From: Patescibacteria group bacterium
Lineage (GTDB): Bacteria; Patescibacteriota; CPR2; UBA1875
NCBI GenBank assembly: GCA_041737595.1
Contig: JBGSRK010000014.1
Location: forward strand, 118 to 64,117
Length of the DNA stretch: 64,000 nt
Direction of reading: 5' to 3'
The stretch's first letter is position 1; every line of letters starts with the position of its first letter. Under the pieces are notes generated by a model that saw nothing but the letters and a program-made list of their open reading frames with translations, was not told the origin of the DNA and ran no database searches. Positions 9,481 through 18,807 of the stretch are shown piece by piece. Made by a program: the position numbers and the translations under genes.

Positions 9481-9534
9481 ACCACTTGCCTGCCCGAGAC
9501 GACACGTCTCGTGTCGGCCAGAGGCGACTCCCGA
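9481..9534 (-). pseudogene. Fragment of the tRNA-Gln 5' end. The acceptor 5' strand and D-arm, TCGGGAGTCGCC...CAAGTGGTAAG, are split by a 35-nt GC-rich insertion that contains the palindrome cgagacgacacgtctcg.
   Basis: Exact match of accacttg and ggcgactcccgat to the tRNA-Gln at 9201-9220. The palindrome lies at 9495-9511. Confidence 0.5.
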
Positions 9535-9595
9535 TTGCATATTTAGTATATGTTAAAAATAGATTCTGAATCAAGTTTAGAATTACAAATAACAT

Positions 9596-10051
9596 TTATT
9601 CTATATTTTTAATTTTGTAGGACTCTTCAAGTCCGCCAATTTCACGAAATTTAAAAGTATTCCCAAGTTTTAAACCCATCATTTTTTGGGCAATTGGAGA
9701 TTCGTTTGAAATCACACCCTTAAGTGGGTTAGCAGTAGCACGACTCATTATTATAAATTCACGTTTATCGCCATTAGCTAAATCCTCTAAAGTTACCCGA
9801 GTACCCAAAATTACAGAAGCGGGTTCTTTTTCATTAAATTCAGTTAATACGGCTTCATCTAAAATAGACAAGACCTCAGATAGCTGATTTTTAAAGACAG
9901 CTAATTTTAGAGCGTCTCCGTTTTTCTTACGCTCTTCTTTTTTTGCAGCAATTTCAAGCTCTTTTTTCTTTGTTTTAAGAGCATCAAGTGCAAGTTTAGT
10001 AATTTTAATTTTATTTTCTATTGGTGTCATTGTGCGGACATTGTACACCAA
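9596..10051 (-). CDS. GreA/GreB-family transcription elongation factor paralog.
   Basis: C-terminal VISNESPIAQKMMGLKLGNTF matches the GreA FKBP-like domain signature. The N-terminus is a K/E-rich coiled coil. Confidence 0.65.
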   Translation of the reverse strand: MVYNVRTMTPIENKIKITKLALDALKTKKKELEIAAKKEERKKNGDALKLAVFKNQLSEVLSILDEAVLTEFNEKEPASVILGTRVTLEDLANGDKREFIIMSRATANPLKGVISNESPIAQKMMGLKLGNTFKFREIGGLEESYKIKNIE

Positions 10052-10070
10052 ATATACCCAAACGTAAAGA

Positions 10071-11501
10071 TTATTTTATTGTTTTGATTGCTTTTGAAAT
10101 TCGGCTTTCAGATTCTTCTTTTCCAAGAGCCCAGAGTAGTTCGGTGGGACTTGGTGATCTTTCTTCACCAGAAAGAGCGAAACGAACTGGCCAAAAAACA
10201 TCTCCATTTGAAAGATTATTCTCTTCAACTACTTTTTTTAACACATTTTCAAAATCTACAATACTCATCTCCTCCCACGTCACTAAAGTGAAGTAGGCAA
10301 GTGCTTTGGTTACGAGGTTGAGAGCTTTAATAGTATCTTCTTTATTAGATTTTTTGAAAATAAGTGATTTTGGGTCATATTTAGGTAAATTAATATAAAA
10401 ATCAGTATTTTCTAAAATATCAGATAATTTTGTGAGTCTGGTTTTTTCTATTTCTAAAATACGATCAAAATTAGAAAGAGTTAATATTTTTGCATCAGGA
10501 TACAATTCGTTTATAATTTTTTGCAATTTTTTTGTTTCTGTTTTTCTAATATATTGACCATTCATCCAATCAAGTCTTTTTAAATCAAAAACAGCTGGCG
10601 ATTTATTTATATCAGAAAGTTCAAATCTTTTTATAAGTTCATCTTTAGAAAAAAACTCATCTTCTGTTTTAGGGTTCCACCCTAAAAGTACTAAGAAATT
10701 AAGAAGTGCTTCAGGTAGATATCCTTTCTTTTTATAATCTACTACAGACGTGTCTCCATCCCTCTTAGAAAGCTTTTTACCTGATTCACCTATGGTTACT
10801 GGCATATGTGCAAAGCGTGGCACCTCCCAGCCTAGGGCTTCGTATATAGCAATATTTTTAGGGGTTGAGGGAATCCATTCTTCCCCACGGATAATATCTG
10901 TTACCCCGGAATCATGGTCATCTATAGCGGAGGCTAAAAAATATGTAGGCCAGCCATCAGATTTCATAAGTATCTGATCATCTGAAAGCGCATATTCAAG
11001 ACTCATTTTTCCCCGAACGGCATCATCCCAATTTGCTCTACCCTCTTCTGGCATGGCGAATCGAATAACATAAGGTGTATTATTTGCTTCTAAATCTGAA
11101 ATTTTTTCTTTAGATAATTTTCGACAGTGTTTATCATAACCAGGTGGGAGACTATTTGCTTCTTGAAATTCTCGAATATCCTTAAGTCTTTCTTTTGAAC
11201 AAAAACATTTATAAGCCTTCCCTTCAGAAACTAACTTTTCGGCATAATTTTTATGTATTTCTTTTCGGTTTGATTGATAGATTATTTCATCATCAAAATC
11301 TAACCCCATCCATTTTAATGAACTTTCAAATTCTAGAACTGCCCCTTCCACTAATCTTTCGCGGTCAGTGTCCTCAATTCTTAATAAAAATTTACCATTA
11401 TTGTGTTTTGCCCAAAGATATGAAAATAACGCAGTGCGCATTGCACCTACATGTAGGCCTCCTGTTGGACTTGGGGCAAATCTTGTTACAACTTTATTCA
11501 T
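10071..11501 (-). CDS. gltX: Glutamyl-tRNA synthetase.
   Basis: HIGH-class motif RFAPSPTGGLHVGAMRTALF and the KMSKS-like KLSKR motif. Length is 476 aa. Confidence 0.9.
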   Translation of the reverse strand: MNKVVTRFAPSPTGGLHVGAMRTALFSYLWAKHNNGKFLLRIEDTDRERLVEGAVLEFESSLKWMGLDFDDEIIYQSNRKEIHKNYAEKLVSEGKAYKCFCSKERLKDIREFQEANSLPPGYDKHCRKLSKEKISDLEANNTPYVIRFAMPEEGRANWDDAVRGKMSLEYALSDDQILMKSDGWPTYFLASAIDDHDSGVTDIIRGEEWIPSTPKNIAIYEALGWEVPRFAHMPVTIGESGKKLSKRDGDTSVVDYKKKGYLPEALLNFLVLLGWNPKTEDEFFSKDELIKRFELSDINKSPAVFDLKRLDWMNGQYIRKTETKKLQKIINELYPDAKILTLSNFDRILEIEKTRLTKLSDILENTDFYINLPKYDPKSLIFKKSNKEDTIKALNLVTKALAYFTLVTWEEMSIVDFENVLKKVVEENNLSNGDVFWPVRFALSGEERSPSPTELLWALGKEESESRISKAIKTIK

Positions 11502-11575
11502 GAAATCATTTTAACTTGAAAATAAGATATTCTCAATCAAAAAAGACCGCATGTGTGGTCTTTAATATTTATGAA

Positions 11576-11720
11576 TAAGGCTGTTGCAAAACTCTCCGAA
11601 ACGTCATTGCGAGGAGTATTTTTAGTAAAATACGACGTGGCAATCTAAAACTTAAGCATAAAAGAGATTGCTTCGCAGGTTCGCAATGACGTTAGAAAAA
11701 CGTTTTTCAACAGCCTTATT
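11576..11720 (-). ncRNA. Structured element with nested long-range inverted repeats. It lies in the gltX leader or, equivalently, the 3' UTR of a small Cys-rich ORF. Its class is unknown.
   Basis: The outer pair aataaggctgttg (11576-11588) and caacagccttatt (11708-11720) encloses an inner pair aacgtcattgcga (11600-11612) and tcgcaatgacgtt (11681-11693). Confidence 0.3.
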
Positions 11721-11896
11721 TACATAAGCTCTGGTGAATCTGGCTCACAAATACCATTACAAGAAATACAATTTTTTAAAAAATGAATTTGTAAACTTGG
11801 ATCTGGATAAGTAGTTACCATTTTTTTAATAATACAGGCCACGTTTGGGCCACATTTATACTTTACTTTTGCAGTGTCAATTTTAACCGATTCCAA
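11720..11896 (-). CDS. Small Cys-rich, ferredoxin-like or zinc-binding protein with a putative TTG start and RBS agggggaa. The ATG alternative gives 35 aa starting at 11827.
   Basis: Hand translation: ESVKIDTAKVKYKCGPNVACIIKKMVTTYPDPSLQIHFLKNCISCNGICEPDSPELM. Confidence 0.3.
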   Translation of the reverse strand: MESVKIDTAKVKYKCGPNVACIIKKMVTTYPDPSLQIHFLKNCISCNGICEPDSPELM

Positions 11897-11959
11897 TAGA
11901 ATTCCCCCTACTTTTTAATTATACGCAACTTACGATTATGCATTATTAAGGTTATATAA

Positions 11960-14659
11960 TCAAGAGATTCTTTTTGCCCGCGATAGACCAAACTTAATTA
12001 CTTCTAGATATACCAAGTAAACGATACTAGCAATAATTATCATTGGCCACATTATGGCAGGGATTGGTGCCATTTTTGCAAAATTATTAAGCCCAGGGAT
12101 ATACACAACTAAAAAGACAAAAACAATAGAAGCTATAGCAGCATATATAAGTTTCATGTTACCAAAAAATAATTTATAAACAGGTTTTGTGGTTGAACGC
12201 AAAGAAAAACTATTTAATATTTGTCCTAAAGCAAAAACTGTATAGGTTATTGCAGTACCCGTAAATAAAAGATTTAAATCAGGTTTTACCCCTATTTGCC
12301 AACCATTTGAATACATAAATATTAAAAAGACAGAAACAGATATTATACTTAGTCCAATTCCTGAACGTAAAACATAATAGATGCTATTTATATTAAACAG
12401 TGGTATTTTTCTATTCCTGGGTTTTCTTGCCATAACATCATCTTCTTCAGTATCTACTCCAAGTGCAAAAGCAGAGAAAGTTTCTGCCCCATAATCCATT
12501 AGAAGTATTTGGATTGCAAAAAGAGGCATTATCCCAAGTACAATTCCTGCAACAACTGAAGAAAGAGCGGCTACGTGAGTAGTAAATTCGAATTTAGTAA
12601 ATTTTTCAATATTTTCATAAACTATTCTCCCCTCTTTTACGGCCCAAACAATTGATGAATAACTATCATTTAAAAGGACCATATCTGATGATTCACGAGA
12701 AACATCTGTCCCAGAAATACCCATTGCAATACCGACATCTGATGATTTTAAAGCAGGTGAATCATTTACCCCATCCCCTGTTACGGCAACAATGTTATGC
12801 ATTTTCTGTAACGCTTTTACAATTCGAAGCTTATGCATTGGGTCAACTCGGGCAAAAATAATATCCTCATCATGTAAAAGTTCTATAAGTCCATGATCAT
12901 TTAGTTGATTTAATTTCTCTCCATTTATTACTTTAGGATTTTCAGAAAGACCAACTCTTTGTGCAATTGCCGAAGCTGTAAGACCATGGTCACCAGTTAC
13001 CATAATTGTTCTAATCCCAGCCTTTTTGGCTATTTTAATAGTCTCTTTTACTTCAGCTCTTGGGGGATCGATAATCCCATAAAGCCCCAAAAAAACTAAA
13101 TCACCTTCAATTTTTTTGTTATCTTTCTTTTTATAGGCGCAGGCTATTACTCTTAGAGCTCTAGAAGATAGATTATCAGTAATATTTTTTATATTATGGA
13201 TATCTTTAGGGGTAATATCTAACTCATGACCATTTTTATAAATCTTTTTACACATTGAAATAATTGGATCTGTTGCTCCTTTAAAATATACCGTTTCTTC
13301 CCCTTTCTCTTTAATAACTTTGGCCATGAATTTTCTTTCTGAGGTAAATGGGATTTCTTCTGTTACAATTGCCTTTTCACGAACTTTAAATGTATTAATC
13401 CCAAACTTTTCTGCTGCAACCAAAATAGAAACTTCTGTCGGGTCACCTATATATTCTGGTCCATTTGGTTTTTCATAATTTATATCAGAATTGTTTGCAT
13501 AAACTCCAGTATTAAAAAATTTATTAAGAATCCTTTTTTCTGTTATCCCCAATGGAAGTTCATTATGTAATATTTCCCCAGAGCTACCATAACCAGAACC
13601 AGTAACAGAATACATTTCGCCGTCAAAATAAATATCTTTAACAGTCATTTCATTTTTTGTTAGAGTTCCTGTTTTATCAGTTACAATAACATTTATTTCC
13701 CCTAAAGTTTCAACAGTTGAAAGTTTTTTTATGGCAGATTTTCTTTTAGCCATTCTCCGTGCACCAATCGCAAGTGCAACTGAAATTGTGGCAGGCAAGC
13801 CTTCTGGAACAATTGCTGCGGCAATTTGAACTGCAAATAAAAGCCCCTCAGAAAGATTAAAATATCTATTTATCAGATAATAAGCCAGAAGCAGCCCAAA
13901 CATAACAAAAACAAATGATTTTGCTACAATTTTTGCAATATGATCAGTTTCTTTTTGAAGTGGAGATTTTTGTACATTAACTTTTGTTGTTTCTTGAGCA
14001 ATTTTACCTAGTTGGCTCGACATCCCAGTTGCAACAACAACTCCAATCCCATTCCCAGAAATAATTTGAGTTCCGGCGAATAAAGAACCTAAAATATCCC
14101 CTAGTTCAAGATTTCTATTTTCCCTGCCCAGGGCTTTTTTTTCTTGAGGTTCAGATTCCCCTGTTATAGTAGAATCGTTAGTATAAAGTTCATTTGTTTG
14201 TATAAGTCTAATATCTGCAGAAACCTTATCCCCTTCTGAAAGATATACGATATCCCCAGGAACAAGTTCAGTTGAATCTATTTTCTTTTTGTTCCCATCT
14301 CTTATCACAGTTACTGTTTGTGGGAGGTGGCTATTTAGGGCTTCGATTGTTTTTTCTGCCCTATGCTCTTGGATAAAACCAATAAGAGCATTTATAAATA
14401 CAATTAAAAGTATAACGATACTATCCTTATATGAGCCAATAATTGCTGAAAATATTGCAGCTGAAAGAAGAATAATTATTAATAAGTCTGTAAACTGTTT
14501 TAAAAAAGAGAATATAAGTGAAGCTTTTTTGCCACCTTTAAGTATATTTGGACCATATTTTCTTGTACGATCGGCAACTTCAATATCAGAAAGACCCTCC
14601 TTAGTCGTTCTTAGATTTTTAAGTACTTCAGAAATGTTATCATATAGATACGTAAGCAT
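11960..14659 (-). CDS. P-type cation-transporting ATPase, of the P2 Ca2+/Mg2+ type.
   Basis: Phosphorylation motif DKTGTLT, TGES, and hinge GDGVNDSPALK. Ten TM helices. Length is 899 aa. Confidence 0.9.
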   Translation of the reverse strand: MLTYLYDNISEVLKNLRTTKEGLSDIEVADRTRKYGPNILKGGKKASLIFSFLKQFTDLLIIILLSAAIFSAIIGSYKDSIVILLIVFINALIGFIQEHRAEKTIEALNSHLPQTVTVIRDGNKKKIDSTELVPGDIVYLSEGDKVSADIRLIQTNELYTNDSTITGESEPQEKKALGRENRNLELGDILGSLFAGTQIISGNGIGVVVATGMSSQLGKIAQETTKVNVQKSPLQKETDHIAKIVAKSFVFVMFGLLLAYYLINRYFNLSEGLLFAVQIAAAIVPEGLPATISVALAIGARRMAKRKSAIKKLSTVETLGEINVIVTDKTGTLTKNEMTVKDIYFDGEMYSVTGSGYGSSGEILHNELPLGITEKRILNKFFNTGVYANNSDINYEKPNGPEYIGDPTEVSILVAAEKFGINTFKVREKAIVTEEIPFTSERKFMAKVIKEKGEETVYFKGATDPIISMCKKIYKNGHELDITPKDIHNIKNITDNLSSRALRVIACAYKKKDNKKIEGDLVFLGLYGIIDPPRAEVKETIKIAKKAGIRTIMVTGDHGLTASAIAQRVGLSENPKVINGEKLNQLNDHGLIELLHDEDIIFARVDPMHKLRIVKALQKMHNIVAVTGDGVNDSPALKSSDVGIAMGISGTDVSRESSDMVLLNDSYSSIVWAVKEGRIVYENIEKFTKFEFTTHVAALSSVVAGIVLGIMPLFAIQILLMDYGAETFSAFALGVDTEEDDVMARKPRNRKIPLFNINSIYYVLRSGIGLSIISVSVFLIFMYSNGWQIGVKPDLNLLFTGTAITYTVFALGQILNSFSLRSTTKPVYKLFFGNMKLIYAAIASIVFVFLVVYIPGLNNFAKMAPIPAIMWPMIIIASIVYLVYLEVIKFGLSRAKRIS

Positions 14660-14737
14660 CTGTACGTAATTTTAACTTAAATATATGTTATTTTAAAGAT
14701 AGAAAAATAGCGCATAAAGTACTTAAATTTTAAATAG

Positions 14738-15058
14738 TTAATATATCTCTCTCGCAGCTTCAATAATAGTTCTCATCTCTTTGTATTTATCCTCTGTCCC
14801 CATACAAAAGAAATTACGACAAACCTCTGGTCTTTTTTCGTGGATCGAACAAATATTATTTTTAAGATATATACAGCTTCCATCATTTTTTTGTTTTAAG
14901 ATATTAGCCCCATATTCGGAGGCAAATTTAAAATCATCAATTATCTCAATATCATTAAAAACAGTTAAATATTTACTTGAATAATATTCTTCTTTATTTA
15001 GGTTGATTAAAAATAGCTTACAACATAATCCGCACATCTTACATTTTAGTTTAGACAT
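14738..15058 (-). CDS. YkgJ-family Cys-cluster protein (UPF0153).
   Basis: CKMCGLCCK ... CSIHEKRPEVCRNFFC pattern. Confidence 0.6.
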   Translation of the reverse strand: MSKLKCKMCGLCCKLFLINLNKEEYYSSKYLTVFNDIEIIDDFKFASEYGANILKQKNDGSCIYLKNNICSIHEKRPEVCRNFFCMGTEDKYKEMRTIIEAAREIY

Positions 15059-15091
15059 AATTAAATTTTATCATAAAAAATATTATATAAA

Positions 15092-16321
15092 TTAGTGAAG
15101 AAATTTATCTAGTTCTTTAGCTTCTTCGCTTACCAAAAGAGACATCTCGTTATAACCAAGTAAACTAAGGCCATCAAGACTCCTAACACGCGAAAGAGCA
15201 ACATAACCAAGGCCGTAGGTAAAAGCACGAGAAAGGTCAATTTCTGCATAATCAAGGGTCATCCCCTGGCTCTTATGAATTGTAATTGCCCAAGCCAAAC
15301 GCAAAGGGACCTGTTCTATCCAAGCATTTGAATTTGGGTCATCAGCCCCCCACTTAATTGGGGCCGCTATAATTTCTTTACCTTTAAAAGTACGCACAAT
15401 AGGATAACCTTTTTCTGGGTCAAAGCCGATTATTTCTCCTGTGGTGCCATTAACATAACCTTTTGGAAAGTTATTAGAGACAAACATTACAACAGCTCCA
15501 ACTTTAAGTAATAATTTTTCGGGGGCCATGCAACCTTTTTTCATTTGAGTGACAAAAAATTTCTCACCACCAGCTTTCATTTTGAAAGTAATTTCTTCCT
15601 CTGGAATTAATTCTAATCTTACTAAATTATATTCGTCTACGTTTGAATTATGTGTAAAAAGTTTTGTCGGAATAATATTTTTTGAAAAGGGATATTTAAA
15701 ACGTTCTCTTAATAATTGACAAGAATCTTCTGTGACACGTGATTCCCTTATCTCATTTAAGAGTCGATATAAATCATTACTTTCGTTTTGACGATATTGC
15801 TTTTCAAGATAACAAACAGCTAAATCCATCTGTGACCAAACAGCAGATTGATTTATAAAATCTCCTCCATTTTTAACTCTTGAAACTGGTGGAAGCTGGA
15901 AAAAGTCTCCACAAAGAACAATTTGTAAACCTCCAAATGGCCCAAAATCTGTTCTAACTCTTCGACAAATATCATCTAACATATCAAGACGATGAGCGTG
16001 AAGCATTGAAATTTCATCAATAATTAGTACCTTAGCTTCTTGAATTCTTTTAATTGCTTGTTTGTTATGAGTAAATAATTTTTTAATGTCAGATTTGGTC
16101 ATTTTATCTTTGATACCCATTCCTGCCCAAGAATGAATAGTAATGCCTCCTAAATGAGTGGCCGCAATGCCAGTTGATGCCGTAATGCCAACAGGAATCT
16201 TTTTTTTATTTAAATATTCAATAAATTGGTTTAATAAATAAGTCTTTCCAGTACCAGCTTGACCAGTAATAAGAGTATTACGTCCACTGACTAATATTTC
16301 AAATGCTTCTTCTTGTGTCAT
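15092..16321 (-). CDS. PIF1/RecD-like SF1 DNA helicase.
   Basis: Walker A GQAGTGKTY, DEISM Walker B, and the helicase C-terminal motif QGMTLD. Confidence 0.8.
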   Translation of the reverse strand: MTQEEAFEILVSGRNTLITGQAGTGKTYLLNQFIEYLNKKKIPVGITASTGIAATHLGGITIHSWAGMGIKDKMTKSDIKKLFTHNKQAIKRIQEAKVLIIDEISMLHAHRLDMLDDICRRVRTDFGPFGGLQIVLCGDFFQLPPVSRVKNGGDFINQSAVWSQMDLAVCYLEKQYRQNESNDLYRLLNEIRESRVTEDSCQLLRERFKYPFSKNIIPTKLFTHNSNVDEYNLVRLELIPEEEITFKMKAGGEKFFVTQMKKGCMAPEKLLLKVGAVVMFVSNNFPKGYVNGTTGEIIGFDPEKGYPIVRTFKGKEIIAAPIKWGADDPNSNAWIEQVPLRLAWAITIHKSQGMTLDYAEIDLSRAFTYGLGYVALSRVRSLDGLSLLGYNEMSLLVSEEAKELDKFLH

Positions 16322-16507
16322 TGAGCTATTATCTATTTTATTGACCCTTTTTACTAGTAGACAATATATATTTGATTGTTAAATATGTGTGTTATTTATC
16401 TAACTAAGTAAGCGCAGGGACTAAATAAAGTGAAGACCGCCTTTCAGCGGCCTTCTTTAGGTTTCCGTTGATAAGCGGTCAGTTGCATTTTATGGAGGAT
16501 CTTGGCC

Positions 16508-17266
16508 TTATCCGAAGAGCCGGCAGTACAGAGCGTAACCTGTTATACCTAGTACCGCCAATCCTGCGATAAGAAGGAACATTCGTCCTTTTGCTCGCGC
16601 TTCTTGGGCGGCAAGATTGGAATAGTAGGCTTGTCCAGCGGATTCGGGGAAGTACTCATCAAGAAGCATCTCCTCTTCTAATGGACTCATAGTTCTGGAC
16701 TGCATGAACATCGGTGTTTCCTTCCCAGCCGGGTTGGCTAAAAGCAAAAACCACAGAACTTCAGTCAATACCTTGTAGCCACCACCTTGAGCAATGTTGC
16801 GGTTTGAATCCCCGCCCAACAGCTCATTAGACGAATCCAGCCATTTCTCCCGTTCTTCACGGAAGTAATAGCCACCGACAGCATTAGAGAACCGTCGTTC
16901 CCAATCGCTCCCACCTTCTCGCTTGCCAGCTAGATAAGCTAGAACGTCTTCTGCGACTTCGATGCCGTAAGGCATATTGTCGCGCATTCCCATGATGGAA
17001 AGACCACCCAGCTCCTCATGAGGCTTCTCCTGGAAAACTAACCTTTCTGCCTCGGATGGATAGAGCCTTTCCAGATTACGGATGTAGTCCTGGTAACGCT
17101 CCTCTTTGATCTTTGCCATACGGGCGTCGTCCTCGGGTCCATAACTAACGAGATACCTGGCTGTAAGTAGGCCATTCCAGTCAGCCATGGGGTTGATACA
17201 ATTGCACGTTCCTCCTTCTCCTCGGTTTACGAACGGACAACCGTTACACATCGAAAATCCCCACAT
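16508..17266 (-). CDS. Hypothetical protein (252 aa) with a Cys-rich N-terminus (CNGCP...CNC) and a C-terminal TM anchor. GC is about 52%. Likely horizontally acquired.
   Basis: GC-rich ORF. RBS aggagga upstream. A hairpin with T-tract lies downstream at 16436-16460. Confidence 0.55.
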   Translation of the reverse strand: MWGFSMCNGCPFVNRGEGGTCNCINPMADWNGLLTARYLVSYGPEDDARMAKIKEERYQDYIRNLERLYPSEAERLVFQEKPHEELGGLSIMGMRDNMPYGIEVAEDVLAYLAGKREGGSDWERRFSNAVGGYYFREEREKWLDSSNELLGGDSNRNIAQGGGYKVLTEVLWFLLLANPAGKETPMFMQSRTMSPLEEEMLLDEYFPESAGQAYYSNLAAQEARAKGRMFLLIAGLAVLGITGYALYCRLFG

Positions 17267-17460
17267 GATATCCTCCTAGGTTCTGAATCAAGAAGGGTCA
17301 CACTATTTTTAGTGTAACCCTCGGATTGAATTCCATTGATATATTAGCATAAAAATTACTTAGCAGAAAGTATTATGAGCTCCATAAACAGAAATATATT
17401 GATATAATTGACCTATTCAACGAAGTAAAACAGGCCAGAATTAAATAAAAAATCATTAAT

Positions 17461-18132
17461 TTATATCATATATTTTTCAGGAAACATGCGGCTGTAAGTA
17501 TAGTTCATTGAAGTTAGAAAATTTAAAAATGGGATAAATACAAAAGGGACAAGACCTAAAAGAGTAATATCAAACATCCAAGAAATATACATTCCAATTA
17601 TCATAATTGGTACAACAAAAGTTGAAGTGTGGTGGTGATAATATTTTTTAGAAACAATTTTAATTCTTTTTGAAAATTCCCATATAAATAATGGCCAAAG
17701 TAAAGTTAACATTTTTGGATCTAGTTCAGTTTTTTTCCCATCCAACGCTAAAAAAAATCTCCAGGTACGGTACATCCAATAAAACGGGAAAAGGCCAAAT
17801 GTTATAAGAGTTAATAAAATAAATTGAGAAGCCGTGATAACAATAACTTCTTTTTTAATTTTATTTGCAAACTCCCCTGCTTTTGCACAATCAACCCAAT
17901 CATGTTTACATTTTTTTGAATCTAGAATTTCCCGACAGATTGGACAAATTTCCTCAGAACAATAAAGGTGATGTAGTTTATTCTTTTTTACACCACATTT
18001 TTTACAATCTTTTTCAGCTGGGAGTCTTTTTGCGCTTTTCCCGGCATCATTAATTATATAGTCAAAATCACAACCAGAGCTCTTGCTGATTGTTTTATTA
18101 CACAAAATACATTTTTCAACTTCTTTTACCAT
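17461..18132 (-). CDS. Membrane protein with N-terminal zinc-ribbon motifs and four C-terminal TM helices.
   Basis: CILCN...CKKCG...CPICR followed by hydrophobic segments. Confidence 0.5.
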   Translation of the reverse strand: MVKEVEKCILCNKTISKSSGCDFDYIINDAGKSAKRLPAEKDCKKCGVKKNKLHHLYCSEEICPICREILDSKKCKHDWVDCAKAGEFANKIKKEVIVITASQFILLTLITFGLFPFYWMYRTWRFFLALDGKKTELDPKMLTLLWPLFIWEFSKRIKIVSKKYYHHHTSTFVVPIMIIGMYISWMFDITLLGLVPFVFIPFLNFLTSMNYTYSRMFPEKYMI

Positions 18133-18225
18133 TTGTGAAGAGATTATACTGCTATTATGCCTTTAAAACAAGATAAAAACAGTATTGTCATAAAAAAAGA
18201 TCAATATTTATGATAAAATAGGCCG

Positions 18226-18807
18226 ATGGCAAATATAGGAATAGATTTAGATGAAGTACTTGCGGATTTTAATACATCCTTTATTGAATTTCATAATAAA
18301 AAATATAACTCAAAATTAAACCCAAATAATATAAAGGATTATTTTTTAAGAAATTTAGTTGATATATCTGCAGAAGAGGAAATGAAAAGATTGATTGAAT
18401 TTTGCGATACAGGTCTTTTAAAAACAGTTTCCCCCTTCCCAGAAGCCATAATAAGTGTCAAAAATCTTTTAAAAAATAATAATTTATATTTAATTACAGC
18501 ACGTCCAAATTTTATGGAAGAAGATACCTTGGAGTGGGTAGAAAAATATTTCCCAAACACATTTAAAGAGGTCATTATTACAAGTCATGTTTTGGATGGT
18601 AAAATTGAAAAATCAGAGGTTTGTCTTTCTAATAATATTAATTATATGATAGAAGATAATAGCTATTATGCTAATGAATGTGCTTCTTTTGGTGTCATTT
18701 CTTTTTTACTAACACGATCTTGGAATATCAATGATACTTTAAAATCGGGGGTAATTAGAGTTTCGAGTTGGAAAGATATTGAGGATAAAATAAATGAAAA
18801 TATTTGA
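18226..18807 (+). CDS. 5'(3')-deoxyribonucleotidase-like HAD-superfamily hydrolase.
   Basis: N-terminal IGIDLDEVLADF matches the NT5C/HAD motif I. Confidence 0.65.
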   Translation: MANIGIDLDEVLADFNTSFIEFHNKKYNSKLNPNNIKDYFLRNLVDISAEEEMKRLIEFCDTGLLKTVSPFPEAIISVKNLLKNNNLYLITARPNFMEEDTLEWVEKYFPNTFKEVIITSHVLDGKIEKSEVCLSNNINYMIEDNSYYANECASFGVISFLLTRSWNINDTLKSGVIRVSSWKDIEDKINENI

